Shown one piece after another: positions 8,908-18,899 of a stretch of 64,000 bases of DNA. The stretch is from Candidatus Nezhaarchaeota archaeon (lineage in GTDB: Archaea > Thermoproteota > Methanomethylicia > Nezhaarchaeales > WYZ-LMO8). Every line of letters starts with the position of its first letter. Position 1 is the stretch's first letter. The stretch lies in contig JASFYF010000001.1 in the NCBI GenBank assembly GCA_030055465.1, positions 894,581 through 958,580 on the forward strand, given 5' to 3'. The position numbers and the translations under genes are program-made. The notes beneath the pieces were generated by a model that did no database searches, was not told where the DNA came from, and saw only the letters and a program-made list of their open reading frames with translations.

Positions 8908-9993
8908 TCATAGATTGGCCTGAACTTCAACGTCAACGGCTACATGCCATTGCCTTGGTGCGACCTGCTTGACAAGTCCCACGTACGGTATGTCAACCAC
9001 TTTCCATCCATTTTCTTCTACTTTGCGAAGAACTTTCTCCTTGACCCTAGCTTCGTAGTCTTCCTCTCGTTCAAACAAGTACAGGTGAAGGATCCCCCTC
9101 CCCCTCAGGGCCTTTAACGCCACGTCTATGTAGTCCACGGCCCTCTCAGGTAAATTCATTATCACCCTGTCCGCGGTTCGCACTACGTTATTCTCAACGA
9201 CTTCTCTAGCATCTCCGAGAAATGTTACCACCTTGCCCTTCAAATTGTTTAACTTAACGTTTTTAACCAGACACTCGTATGCTATGGGGTTTAACTCTAT
9301 GGCGTAAACTAAAGCCTTCTTTCTAAGTGCGATCTGAATTGCGAAGGGTCCAACCCCTGAAAACAAGTCCACTACCACCTCGCCGTCAAGAACCTGCTCT
9401 GCCACCCTCTTTCTTTCAGTTGCAAGCCTAGGACTAAAGTAGACGTTTTTCACGTCTACTACAAGCATGGCCCCATGTTCTCGATGCACCGTCACGCTTT
9501 TATCTTCGCCTCCTATCAGCTTGAGGGGTCTGACCCTGAAGGTTCCGCCTACGGCCCCGGTCTTCGCGTAAACAGATCTTATGTTTTTGTGCACTGCGAG
9601 GATTGCTTCAGCTATCAGCTTCTCGTGTTCAGCCAACTCCGGTGGAAGCTCTACTATTACTACATCGCCGACAGCATCCCATGAGTTGGGCACAGAGGCA
9701 AGAAGGTAAGGTGGAAGCTTGTCTCTAAGCCACTCTAAAATTGATCTAGGCTTTCTAGGTTTTTCTTCGAAGTTAACTATCTCTATTTTGCACTTGAACT
9801 TCTCTTTCAGCTGTTCTTCCTCGAATTTCGTTAACTCCCTTGCTAACGGTAAAAATATTTTTTTGTTCTCCACCTTTATTTTCAAGTTGAAGTCTAAAGC
9901 ACCTATTGATGCTAAGAATAGCCTTACAGCCTCCCCGCTAAGCCTATCTACGATTACTGCCGGTGCGCTTGTCACAACGCCTCCCTTACCCAA
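8908..9993 (-). CDS. trm5: tRNA (guanine37-N1)-methyltransferase Trm5 (Met-10+ family)
   Basis: FSPRLATERKRV, VVDLFSGVGPFAI and NP.A motifs. The length is typical of archaeal Trm5. Confidence 0.75.
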   Translation of the reverse strand: MGKGGVVTSAPAVIVDRLSGEAVRLFLASIGALDFNLKIKVENKKIFLPLARELTKFEEEQLKEKFKCKIEIVNFEEKPRKPRSILEWLRDKLPPYLLASVPNSWDAVGDVVIVELPPELAEHEKLIAEAILAVHKNIRSVYAKTGAVGGTFRVRPLKLIGGEDKSVTVHREHGAMLVVDVKNVYFSPRLATERKRVAEQVLDGEVVVDLFSGVGPFAIQIALRKKALVYAIELNPIAYECLVKNVKLNNLKGKVVTFLGDAREVVENNVVRTADRVIMNLPERAVDYIDVALKALRGRGILHLYLFEREEDYEARVKEKVLRKVEENGWKVVDIPYVGLVKQVAPRQWHVAVDVEVQANL

Positions 9994-10661
9994 CCATGCC
10001 TTCCTTTCAACGGTACGAAGACGCAGCCTCCAAGCCTCTCCTCTCTATAGCTTTCCTCATCCAAACGCGTTATCACAGTTAATTCCTGCACATAATGAGG
10101 TGACCCAATAGGTATAACTAATCGTCCACCTATCTTAAGTTGCTCCTTTAGAGGCTTAGGCGCCCCAGGTGAGGCGGCAGTGACTATTATCGCATCATAG
10201 GGTGCGGCCTGAGGATAACCAAGCGATCCATCGCCGTGTATCACAACTACTCTATCAGCGTAGCCCAGCTTCTTGATGGTCTCTTCGGCTTTACGAGCTA
10301 AATCGCTTATTATCTCAATGGTATACACGCGTCCCCTCCTTCCATTGCTTGGAGGGGCTACTATCTCCGCGTACACCGCTGCCATGTAGCCGCATCCCCC
10401 TCCCACCTCGAGGACTTTATCTCCCGGTTTAAGCTCCGCAGCCTCGCACATCCACGCAACCATGTGTAAAGCTGAAGTTGTCTGGCCCCACCCTATGGGT
10501 ATGGGACTGTCGACGTAAGCTGAGTTCCTGTACGCTTCAGGTATGAAGTCTTCGCGGGGAACCTTCATTAGGGCGTAAGCGACGATGCCCCTTTTTATGA
10601 TGCCCATATCTATGAGGTTCTGCACAGCCCTTTTTCTGTAGCTTTCTAGGCCCTCGGACAT
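9972..10661 (-). CDS. pcm: protein-L-isoaspartate O-methyltransferase
   Basis: VLEVGGGCGYMAAV SAM motif, GDGSLGYPQAAPYDAIIVTAA, GGRLVIPIG. Confidence 0.85.
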   Translation of the reverse strand: MSEGLESYRKRAVQNLIDMGIIKRGIVAYALMKVPREDFIPEAYRNSAYVDSPIPIGWGQTTSALHMVAWMCEAAELKPGDKVLEVGGGCGYMAAVYAEIVAPPSNGRRGRVYTIEIISDLARKAEETIKKLGYADRVVVIHGDGSLGYPQAAPYDAIIVTAASPGAPKPLKEQLKIGGRLVIPIGSPHYVQELTVITRLDEESYREERLGGCVFVPLKGRHGWVREAL

Positions 10662-10739
10662 CTCTACCCCACAATTGTAAAAAGCGTGAAAGGTAATTAG
10701 AGTTCCCCTCAGATACTACTATGGCGGTGGGCTAAGGAA

Positions 10740-11162
10740 ATGCTCTTGATAGAGCGATTCAAAGCTTATGGTCACAACAACGTCAGCGCAACGCACCGAA
10801 CTACCCTTGAAATAACCCGCGAAGAACATCTAACGCCGAGGGGAAACTGCATAGTGGCTGTTAAATCCGAGAAAGGCGTTGCAGGGCTTGGAGAAGACGT
10901 AAAAAAAGCACTGAAACAAAGGCATGCGAAAGTGTCTTTAATATTAAAGGTGCTCGAGTTAGAGGACGTCGTGACAGGCCTCGGCGATGAAAGGCTGATG
11001 TTAACGAGCACCTTGGCTATCATATGCAGGAAAAGCCAATTTGTATGTCCTAAGACCTTGATGATCAAATGCGACAAATCCGCTGCCGACATAAATAGAG
11101 AGTTAGTGGAACTTCTAAGGCGTGGACACCAAGTTGAGGTTACCATAGAGGTTGTAGCATAG
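10740..11162 (+). CDS. DUF371 domain protein
   Basis: The N-terminus AYGHNNVSATHRTTLEITREEHLTPRGNCIV matches the DUF371 signature as I recall it. Confidence 0.55.
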   Translation: MLLIERFKAYGHNNVSATHRTTLEITREEHLTPRGNCIVAVKSEKGVAGLGEDVKKALKQRHAKVSLILKVLELEDVVTGLGDERLMLTSTLAIICRKSQFVCPKTLMIKCDKSAADINRELVELLRRGHQVEVTIEVVA

Positions 11163-11187
11163 TTAATAGCATAGTTAAGATAATATC

Positions 11188-12228
11188 TCAGCCCTTCTTA
11201 AAGAAGACCTCTAAGGTTGACTGCCTCGGCTGCAACTTATCGGTTTTCAGGATCCTATCAAGGGCATTGAGAACCCTCTCCTCCGAGAAGTCTCTTTCAT
11301 CGCATAAGAACTTTAGGATGCCATTCACGTCCGGTTTTCTCCACTCCAGTTTATAAGCATCAGTTACGTGAGGCTCCAAGAACATTCTCTTTACTTCGCT
11401 GGGATCTATGGAAAGCTCAACCCCAGGCAGCGCCTTTAAAGCCTTATCTAGAGAGCCGCAAGACTTTATCAGCTTTAAAGCGGTTTTAGGTCCCACCCCC
11501 CTAACGCCATCAGGATTGTAGTCAGTGCCCACTAGTATCGCCACCTCGATTAACTGCTCCCTTGTTAATTGAAGTTCTTCAAGCACTTTCCTCAGCTCGA
11601 TGAGCTCGGGCTGCACTTCCACGTACTCGTCTCTGCGTGGCAGCTTCCTCCTGCCGCTTATGGTTAAGTTTCGAACAAGCCTGACGGCTCCGAAGAGAAG
11701 GGAGTCGTAGTCTTGGCTTGCGGCGGCGTATGCGTCGCCCCTAATAGTCATGTAGGCTGCTTGGGCTTCTCCCTCTGATGGTGCTTGAACCCATGGAACT
11801 CCGAGGAGATCGAGCAACTGCTTCGCCTCTTTGCACATATCATCAGTTAAGTACGCCGTCTGCTGGGCATAGGTCTTAGCCGTTTTCAGGTCGCCCCTCG
11901 TGATCGCCTCCTCGTATCTTCTCGCCGCCTCCTCCTTAACCTGCCTCCTCCTCGAAATCTCGGCCTCCTTGATTTCAGGAGGCTTTCCGTCGAACACGTA
12001 AACTGGCTTTATGCCCACTTCAAGGAAATTAATGGTTCTGTAGAGAAGCCCGCTTAGGTGGCTTGTCACTCTGCCGAATCTGTCGCGAAGCGGTGTTCCA
12101 TCGGGTTGTCTTATGATTGATAAAAACTGATACAGAGCATTGTAGGAATCTATGGCCATAACTCTGTTACATAAATCTTGAAGCGTTATGCGCGCTCGGG
12201 GCACAATATCTTTAAGATCTACGCCCAT
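11188..12228 (-). CDS. fen: flap endonuclease 1
   Basis: MGVDLKDIV.., AIDSYNALYQFL, VFDGKPP, PSEGEAQAAY and GTDYNP motifs, plus a C-terminal PIP-like tail. Confidence 0.9.
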   Translation of the reverse strand: MGVDLKDIVPRARITLQDLCNRVMAIDSYNALYQFLSIIRQPDGTPLRDRFGRVTSHLSGLLYRTINFLEVGIKPVYVFDGKPPEIKEAEISRRRQVKEEAARRYEEAITRGDLKTAKTYAQQTAYLTDDMCKEAKQLLDLLGVPWVQAPSEGEAQAAYMTIRGDAYAAASQDYDSLLFGAVRLVRNLTISGRRKLPRRDEYVEVQPELIELRKVLEELQLTREQLIEVAILVGTDYNPDGVRGVGPKTALKLIKSCGSLDKALKALPGVELSIDPSEVKRMFLEPHVTDAYKLEWRKPDVNGILKFLCDERDFSEERVLNALDRILKTDKLQPRQSTLEVFFKKG

Positions 12229-12237
12229 AACCTAACG

Positions 12238-12420
12238 TCACATCTCCCTCAACCTCAGTGACTTAACGCTTTTGCTTATGCTGGAGACGTTTATCATGCC
12301 CTTGAGTTCAAGGCGCATAACTGCCTTGTAAAATTCTTTGGGCATCAGGTCTTTATAAACCATCTTAACCATCCTGAAGATCTCCTCGTCTTTTGCTGCC
12401 CCCTTCCTTTGCCTCAACAT
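12238..12420 (-). CDS. hypothetical small protein
   Basis: 60-aa ORF directly upstream of fen on the same strand. No recognisable motif. Confidence 0.3.
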   Translation of the reverse strand: MLRQRKGAAKDEEIFRMVKMVYKDLMPKEFYKAVMRLELKGMINVSSISKSVKSLRLREM

Positions 12421-12485
12421 GTCAACTATTAAATCATCAATGGGAATAGGCCGCCATACTTTAAATATCCTCAGAAGCCGTCACC

Positions 12486-14711
12486 TCAAACGAAGCTTAA
12501 CAGTGGCCCCCTACCTCTTTGGAGGTAGTGCCTCAGCTTTTCAGCCCAAGCCCTATAGCTTTTCACCATATCCTCAGTTATTGATGGATGAACCCTTTTC
12601 AACGCCTCAACGAAGTGCCTCATCTCCACCACCGTTGAGTTGATGTCCTCGCGCAGCGAGAGCATGCCAGCTTCGCGGCATACAGCTTCAATGTCTGAGC
12701 CAGCATAGCCCTCCGTCATCTTCGCAAGATTTGAGAGGTCTACGTCCTTGGCCAGCGGCATGTCCTTCGTGTGTATCTTGAATATGTCGACCCTCGCCTC
12801 GTAATCGGGGGGCGGCACGTATATCAGCCTGTCGAACCTTCCCGGCCTCAGGAGGGCTGGATCCATGAGGTCAGGCCTATTGGTCGCCGCCAACATTATG
12901 ACGTTATCTAAGCTCTGGAGTCCATCTATTTCCGTCAAAAGCTGTGTTATAACCCGCTCAGTTACCGCCGAATCTCCAAACCCTAGGCCGCGTATGGGTG
13001 CTAGGGCATCAATTTCATCGAAGTACACAACGCACGGCGCCGCCTGCCTCGCCTTCCTGAATATCTCCCTTATCGCCTTCTCGCTTTCCCCAACCCATTT
13101 ACTGAATATCTCGGGGCCCTTAACGCTTATGAAGTTCGCCTCGGACTCCGTTGCCACGGCCTTCGCCAGCAGCGTTTTGCCGCATCCCGGCGGGCCGTAG
13201 AGTAGCACGCCCTTGGGAGGTTTGATGCCCATCCGTTTAAATGCCTCAGGATGCTTTAAAGGCCACTCCACGGCTTCTTTGAGCTCCTGCTTTACTTGCT
13301 CAAGTCCCCCAATATCGCTCCACGTCACGCTGGGTATCTCAACGTACACCTCTCTTAACGCTGAAGGCGTCACCTCCTTATACGCCTCTAGGAAGTCTTG
13401 CATCGTCACCTCAATATGTTCGAGGACTTCGAGTGGTATCCTCTCTTGAGATAGATCTATTTTTGGCAAGTACCTTCTTAAGACCTTCATCGCCGCCTCC
13501 TTGCATAGCGCCGCCAGGTCAGCCCCGACGAACCCGTGGGTTATCTCCGCAAGCTTGTTTAGGTCTACGTCCTTGGCCAGCGGCATGTTCCTCGTGTGTA
13601 TCTGGAGTATCTCCAGCCTGCCCTGCTTGTCCGGAACCCCTATCTCTATCTCCCTGTCGAACCTTCCCGGCCTCCTCAAAGCCGGGTCAATCGCGTTAGG
13701 CCTATTAGTAGCTCCGATGACTATGACGTTGCCCCTGGCCTCGAGTCCATCCATTAAGGCCAGGAGCTGGGCGACAACCCTCTTCTCAACCTCGCCCGTA
13801 ACCTCCTCCCGCTTGGGCGCTATCGCGTCTATCTCATCTATGAATATGATCGACGGAGCGTTCTTCTTTGCCTCCTCAAATATCTCCCGTAGCCTCTGCT
13901 CGCTCTCGCCGTAGAACTTGCTCATAATCTCCGGCCCATTGATGGCAAAGAAATGAGCATCCGTCTCGTTCGCCACGGCCTTCGCCAGCAGCGTTTTGCC
14001 GCATCCCGGCGGGCCGTAGAGTAGCACGCCCTTGGGGGGCTCAATGCCTAGGCGCTTAAATATCTCCGGGTGTTTGAGAGGAATTTCAACCATCTCTCTA
14101 ATCTTCTTAATGGCCTCTTGTAGACCTCCAATGTCCTCATATGTTACTCTTACTGCTTTAGCCTCTTCAGCCGGCTTTTCATGGATTACGAGATTCGTTG
14201 ATTCCGTGACAACTATTACTCCTGAAGGCTTAGAGGCTACCACAACGAAGGGTATTGCCTGTCCAAGGACTGGTATGAGCACATGGTCCCCTTCGACGAG
14301 GGGATAGTCGATCAGCCTTCTCTTGACGAAATTCATGAAGCTATGGTCAATGGATATCGTGAAGGATTCGGGTGCTAATCTAACCATTTGGGCTGGTGAC
14401 ACCTTAGCTTTTCTCACCGCAACCTTGTCCCCTATGCTGACACCGGCATTTCTTCGTATCAGCCCATCCATCCTTATAATTCCGGCGCCCTGATCTTCTA
14501 TGTAGGCGGGCCACACTATAGCAGCCGTCTTCTTCTTTCCCTCTATTTCAACTACGTCGCCTACGTTGAGGCTGAGCTTTCGCAGGACCTCGCTATCTAT
14601 CCTAACCTTTCCCCTGCCCACGTCTCTTGCTTTAGCGTCCGCTACTTTTAGTATCGCCTCGTTGGCTGAATCCTTCGTAGACTTTTCTTCATCATTTGTC
14701 AACTTGAACAC
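12486..14711 (-). CDS. cdc48: CDC48/VCP-type AAA+ ATPase
   Basis: N-domain followed by two AAA modules, each with [15 protein letters not shown] (Walker A) and a Walker B DEID. GTG start. Confidence 0.95.
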   Translation of the reverse strand: MFKLTNDEEKSTKDSANEAILKVADAKARDVGRGKVRIDSEVLRKLSLNVGDVVEIEGKKKTAAIVWPAYIEDQGAGIIRMDGLIRRNAGVSIGDKVAVRKAKVSPAQMVRLAPESFTISIDHSFMNFVKRRLIDYPLVEGDHVLIPVLGQAIPFVVVASKPSGVIVVTESTNLVIHEKPAEEAKAVRVTYEDIGGLQEAIKKIREMVEIPLKHPEIFKRLGIEPPKGVLLYGPPGCGKTLLAKAVANETDAHFFAINGPEIMSKFYGESEQRLREIFEEAKKNAPSIIFIDEIDAIAPKREEVTGEVEKRVVAQLLALMDGLEARGNVIVIGATNRPNAIDPALRRPGRFDREIEIGVPDKQGRLEILQIHTRNMPLAKDVDLNKLAEITHGFVGADLAALCKEAAMKVLRRYLPKIDLSQERIPLEVLEHIEVTMQDFLEAYKEVTPSALREVYVEIPSVTWSDIGGLEQVKQELKEAVEWPLKHPEAFKRMGIKPPKGVLLYGPPGCGKTLLAKAVATESEANFISVKGPEIFSKWVGESEKAIREIFRKARQAAPCVVYFDEIDALAPIRGLGFGDSAVTERVITQLLTEIDGLQSLDNVIMLAATNRPDLMDPALLRPGRFDRLIYVPPPDYEARVDIFKIHTKDMPLAKDVDLSNLAKMTEGYAGSDIEAVCREAGMLSLREDINSTVVEMRHFVEALKRVHPSITEDMVKSYRAWAEKLRHYLQRGRGPLLSFV
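13153..13217 (-). repeat. 65-nt perfect intragenic repeat, copy in the D2 Walker A region of cdc48
   Basis: Identical by eye to 13972-14036 (gccacggccttcgccagcagcgttttgccgcatcccggcgggccgtagagtagcacgcccttggg). Confidence 0.85.
13972..14036 (-). repeat. 65-nt perfect intragenic repeat, copy in the D1 Walker A region of cdc48
   Basis: Identical by eye to 13153-13217, offset 819 nt. A second 28-nt identical patch lies at 12736-12763 and 13561-13588. Confidence 0.85.
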
Positions 14712-14846
14712 CCCTAATTGATTAGGCCTCTAAATCTTCCTCCATTCCAGGTGCGCGGTAAGCGCCTCTCCCCGTTGAGAATGAACAGGTGCTGCCAATT
14801 CCTCTAACTATCATTGTACCTTATATCTTAGTTAAACCTTTCCTAT

Positions 14847-15131
14847 TCAGCTTAGCCTCGTCACAAACTCAACTTCAACTTCTCCTACGCCTTCCACCCT
14901 TTTAACGGCCTCCTCCACTATATATGTTCCTCCTTCGGTTTCTTCGGGCATTACCACCGTGAGCTTAAGGGCCTTCAGGCCGAAGGCTATGGGCTCTACC
15001 TTGTAGGAGTGTATGTTAAACTCCTTTCCCAATGCGGTTAAAGATTCTTTGATCTTCTCCTTTAAGCCCTCAACGTCAACATCCACGTCTACAGGTAAAA
15101 CCCTCAAGAAGGCAGCTACTTTTGCCAACAC
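14847..15131 (-). CDS. ef1b: elongation factor 1-beta
   Basis: The size and the sequence (KVAAFLRVLPVDVDVD..EPIAFGLKALKLTVVMPE..) match the aEF-1beta family. Confidence 0.85.
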   Translation of the reverse strand: MLAKVAAFLRVLPVDVDVDVEGLKEKIKESLTALGKEFNIHSYKVEPIAFGLKALKLTVVMPEETEGGTYIVEEAVKRVEGVGEVEVEFVTRLS

Positions 15132-15138
15132 AATTCAC

Positions 15139-15315
15139 CTATGGTCCCTGAAATCCACACTTTGGACATTTATAAGGTTTCGTGTGTTTCCTGCAATACC
15201 AGCATCTCCAGAAGAGTGCTTCACCGCAGTTGGGGCACTGAAATCTAACGCTCTTGGTTCCGGGTATTATGGGCTTCTTGCATGAAGAACATATGGGCAA
15301 TTGCACCTCAGCCAA
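15139..15315 (-). CDS. Zn-ribbon protein (COG2888-like), absent from the ORF track
   Basis: The minus-strand translation is (M)AEVQLPICSSCKKPIIPGTKSVRFQCPNCGEALFWRCWYCRKHTKPYKCPKCGFQGP*, with four CxxC pairs. GGAGGAGG lies 5 nt upstream of the TTG start. The position upstream of EF-1beta is conserved in archaea. Confidence 0.6.
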   Translation of the reverse strand: MAEVQLPICSSCKKPIIPGTKSVRFQCPNCGEALFWRCWYCRKHTKPYKCPKCGFQGP

Positions 15316-15318
15316 TCT

Positions 15319-16542
15319 TTACCTCCTCCACAGCTTAGAGAGGAAGCCTTTTAGGGAGTATTTAAATGCTTTGAAGGGATCTGTTAAAGCGAAAACCACG
15401 GCCCCCAAGAGCAACGTTTGGGGCCTCCTTAAAATAGAGGAAACTGGATAATCGTAGTCTACTTCACATTCAATCCTTGAAAGAAGCCCGCTTCTAAACG
15501 CCACATTCATGGTACTGGCGGAAACGCACTTCGTAATCACTTCCCTCATTAAAGCCCCTCCCATACGCTCTAAGCCCATGATTTTCTTCCAAGCCTCCTC
15601 GTACAGCAATAGCGTAGCCTCGTCTTGTAAGGCATATGCTGCTATAATTCCAGCCACCGAACCGCATAGAGACCCGTAAACTACGCCTCCCCCCGTCAGC
15701 GGCTTGGTTTGACCGGCCGCATCGCCCACAACTGCAAGCCTATCGGTGCATGCTCTGCGCGCTGATCCTATGACTATTGTTCCGCCGTAGACCTTCTTTA
15801 CAATGGAGTCCTTTAACATTTTAGAAGCCAGTCTATGCCTTTTAAAGACTCTCTTCATAAAAAGATCGCAGCTGCCCATTGAGGATGCTAGCCCAGCTCT
15901 AACCTCACCGTTGCCCAAGGGTATGATCCAAGCAAAGAAACCTGGAGCCCACTCCTCTCCCAGAATCACTACAACCTCGTCTTCCTGTACTTTAGCTCCT
16001 CGAGCCTCTACTTGGAGTGCTGGCAGTTTGCGTTGGGCGCCGCTTAACCCCATTTTTCTTGCCAAAAACGCGGATGCCCCTTCACCGTCAATGGCAAGCT
16101 TGGAAGAAAACGATCCCTTAGTTGTTTCAATAATCAATCCATCGCCAGAGTTTCCGATCTCTTTAACTCGAGCCCCCAAAAATATGTGGGCTCCAGAGCT
16201 TTGAGCCTTCTCGGCCACCTTCTTGTCGAAGAGCTCCCTGTTCAAAACGCAGAGGGGTTCCCCCTTCTTCTCCAGTTTCACGAGGAGGTCATCAACGCAT
16301 ATAAGTGCTCTTCTAACCTTGTTCTCCAAGTATTCGCCCTTAATAGGCACATCAATAAGCTTAAGGCCTTCGCTGCTCACCAAGCCAGCACAATGCAGGG
16401 GAAACCCTATTTCTCCGTGCTCCTCGAACACAACTACGTTGACGCCTCGCGATGCCGCCCTCCAAGCAGCGCTTAGCCCAGATGGACCTCCACCTATCAC
16501 CGCTACGTCAAAGCACCTCAACGCGCGCACCAACACTTTCAT
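15319..16542 (-). CDS. geranylgeranyl reductase family FAD-dependent oxidoreductase
   Basis: FDVAVIGGGPSGLSAA dinucleotide-binding motif and VVGDAAGQTKPLTGGG. Confidence 0.7.
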   Translation of the reverse strand: MKVLVRALRCFDVAVIGGGPSGLSAAWRAASRGVNVVVFEEHGEIGFPLHCAGLVSSEGLKLIDVPIKGEYLENKVRRALICVDDLLVKLEKKGEPLCVLNRELFDKKVAEKAQSSGAHIFLGARVKEIGNSGDGLIIETTKGSFSSKLAIDGEGASAFLARKMGLSGAQRKLPALQVEARGAKVQEDEVVVILGEEWAPGFFAWIIPLGNGEVRAGLASSMGSCDLFMKRVFKRHRLASKMLKDSIVKKVYGGTIVIGSARRACTDRLAVVGDAAGQTKPLTGGGVVYGSLCGSVAGIIAAYALQDEATLLLYEEAWKKIMGLERMGGALMREVITKCVSASTMNVAFRSGLLSRIECEVDYDYPVSSILRRPQTLLLGAVVFALTDPFKAFKYSLKGFLSKLWRR

Positions 16543-16574
16543 TTGGGAGAGCGCTTATAACTTGATAGCTTGTT

Positions 16575-16937
16575 ATGGATCTCGACAGCTGCAAACAAGT
16601 AGTTATCGTGAGAAGAGACTTGAAAATGAGCCAAGGCAAGGCATGCGTTCAGGTAGCGCACGCCTCAGTGTCAAGCCTGGAGGAGGCGCGGAAGGCTAGG
16701 CCTGAATGGGTTGAAGAATGGTTTTCTCAAGGCCAGAAGAAGGTGGTCTTAAAGGCATCTTCCGAAGAAGAGCTGAAAGCCCTCGAACGCAAGGCAAGAG
16801 CTCTTGGCCTGCCCTGCTACTTGGTATGTGATGCCGGATTAACCGAGCTGGAGCCGGGCACCGTCACAGCTTTAGGCATAGGCCCAGCGCCATCACATAT
16901 GATCGATAAAGTTACCGGTAACCTCAAGCTGTTGTGA
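16575..16937 (+). CDS. pth2: peptidyl-tRNA hydrolase Pth2
   Basis: VVIVRRDLKMSQGKACVQVAHASV..GLTELEPGTVTALGIGP matches the archaeal Pth2 family. Confidence 0.85.
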   Translation: MDLDSCKQVVIVRRDLKMSQGKACVQVAHASVSSLEEARKARPEWVEEWFSQGQKKVVLKASSEEELKALERKARALGLPCYLVCDAGLTELEPGTVTALGIGPAPSHMIDKVTGNLKLL

Positions 16938-18229
16938 TGGACATGCTCTTGAACTCAACTTCGGGACTAGACAACTTGATGGGGCTTGAGGTTTACGGTA
17001 CGACGACGCCCGGCATTAAAGGCGCTCTAAGGAGGAGGCTCGAGGACTTTGTCGTTGAAGAAGTGCCGTTGCATTCGAGCTCCGGAAGCTCGACAGGCCC
17101 TTACATGCTGCTGGTTATAGAAAAACGAGGGGTAGACACCCTGACGGTTGCCTTGAGATTATCGAGAAAGCTTCGGATTCCTCTGAATCGCGTGGGGTTC
17201 GCTGGGCTTAAGGATGCAAGGTCTGTTTCGAGGCAGCCATTCACCGTAAAGCTTCATGGTTCCATTGATGACGTTTCAGGACTTGAGGACGGCAACATTA
17301 GAATAATAGCCGTGGGCAGGACCAATAAACCGCTTAGGCCCGGCATGCATTATGGAAACCGCTTCTCAGTCACCATCAGTGGTGTGGAAATCAACACCTC
17401 TGATGTTGATGCCATACTTGAGGATCTCCGCGCGCAGATAAACGATGTGGGAGGAATTCCAAATTTCTACGGCTACCAAAGGTTTGGTCTGACAAGGTCG
17501 AACACCCACATAATCGGAAGGCTCCTCCTCCTCGAGAGGTACGAGGAGGCCGTTATGGAGCTTCTGAAGCCATCATCCCTCAGCGATATAGGGGCGGAGC
17601 GCCCCGCCTGCCAAGAGGCGAGCCTCGTGAAGTTGTTGCAGGCTCTCCCCAAGAGGCTCGTCTTTGAGCGCATGATCGTTAAACACCTCTTGAACAATAA
17701 AGATGATTACCTGGGAGCCGTCAAGAGATTACCTAAGCGTTTATTGACGTTATACATAGATGCTTACTTTTCTTATGTTTTCAACAAAGCTCTCTCAAAG
17801 AGGCTACGCAAGATGGGTTCCCTCAAAAAGTTGCTGGAAGGAGACATAGTAGCTAAGACAGATACCTACGGTAATCCTCTTAGGCCTACGAGGATCGTGA
17901 AGGAACCCTGTGGAGAGCTGGAGGAACAAGAAGCCATACTAGCATTTATACCAGTTACTCTTCGAGGCGTAGAAGGCTATATGAGCGAGTTGACGTCCTC
18001 AATTATGAAGGACGATGGTTTAGAGCCGCCCTTCCGTGCGCTTCAAGTTCTAAACATAAGAGGCAGAACGGGGCTTCTACGCCAAATAGCCTTTAAGCCA
18101 TTAAACTTGACGTATCAAGCCTTGGAGGGCGGCTTGACGTTGAACTTCTTTTTACCGAGATCCAGCTACGCAACAATACTCTTGCGAGAAGTTATTAAAC
18201 CGAATGATCCCCTTGCAGCAGGCTTTTAA
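16934..18229 (+). CDS. truD: tRNA pseudouridine synthase TruD/Pus7
   Basis: GFAGLKDARSVSRQ catalytic Asp motif and NFYGYQRFG. Confidence 0.85.
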   Translation: MMDMLLNSTSGLDNLMGLEVYGTTTPGIKGALRRRLEDFVVEEVPLHSSSGSSTGPYMLLVIEKRGVDTLTVALRLSRKLRIPLNRVGFAGLKDARSVSRQPFTVKLHGSIDDVSGLEDGNIRIIAVGRTNKPLRPGMHYGNRFSVTISGVEINTSDVDAILEDLRAQINDVGGIPNFYGYQRFGLTRSNTHIIGRLLLLERYEEAVMELLKPSSLSDIGAERPACQEASLVKLLQALPKRLVFERMIVKHLLNNKDDYLGAVKRLPKRLLTLYIDAYFSYVFNKALSKRLRKMGSLKKLLEGDIVAKTDTYGNPLRPTRIVKEPCGELEEQEAILAFIPVTLRGVEGYMSELTSSIMKDDGLEPPFRALQVLNIRGRTGLLRQIAFKPLNLTYQALEGGLTLNFFLPRSSYATILLREVIKPNDPLAAGF

Positions 18230-18269
18230 AGGGATAGCCTTGCCAAAATCTCGTTGTCTATAACGTTCT

Positions 18270-18899
18270 ATGGCTAGGGAATCCATTATGGCTGGAATCT
18301 ACATATCTATTGACGGCGTTGACGGTTCAGGCTCCACGACGCAGACGAGGCTTCTTTCGGAGTGGCTTAGGTCTAAAGGCTTGAACGTGTTTGAGACCAA
18401 GGAGCCCACGAACGGCAAGGTGGGCAAGGTTATCAGGGCGTACCTAAGCGAAGGGGAGACAGCGCATCCGGCTATCGATGCGCTGCTATTCGCTGCCGAT
18501 AGGGTCGAACACTCTTTAGCCATCAAGAAATACGTTGAAGGCGGCTTCATAGTCGTATCTGACAGGTCCTTGATATCTTCCCTGGCTTACCAGCAGGCGC
18601 AAGGACTCGAATTGGACTGGCTTTTAAGCGTTAACAGGTTTGCCGTAAAGCCCGACATCTCGATAATCTTAGACGTAGATCCAGCGGAATCTATAGCTAG
18701 GAAGCCACATCCCCGAGAAAGGTTTGAGAATGTGGATTTCCTCAGGAGGGTAAGAAAGATATTCATAGATATGTCCTTGAGGAACAAGTGGATCCTGGTA
18801 GACTCTTCGAGGCCACTAGAGGTTGTCGCTTCGGATATAAGAAGCCGCGTCCTATGTGAGCTCGCGAGGCGCGGGGTTCACCTCAATGAGAAGCATTAA
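18270..18899 (+). CDS. tmk: thymidylate kinase
   Basis: ISIDGVDGSGSTTQ P-loop, DR motif (VSDRS), LID region. Confidence 0.8.
   Translation: MARESIMAGIYISIDGVDGSGSTTQTRLLSEWLRSKGLNVFETKEPTNGKVGKVIRAYLSEGETAHPAIDALLFAADRVEHSLAIKKYVEGGFIVVSDRSLISSLAYQQAQGLELDWLLSVNRFAVKPDISIILDVDPAESIARKPHPRERFENVDFLRRVRKIFIDMSLRNKWILVDSSRPLEVVASDIRSRVLCELARRGVHLNEKH

Noticed and set aside
12865-14307. A series of plus-strand ORFs inside cdc48 (12865-13200, 13213-13449, 13433-13699, 13501-13914, 14032-14307), and similar antisense ORFs throughout the track inside AOR, atpI, mcrB, metG and other genes.
   Set aside because: They are antisense to strongly supported genes and have Ser/Pro/Leu-rich composition typical of shadow ORFs on the opposite strand of real genes.
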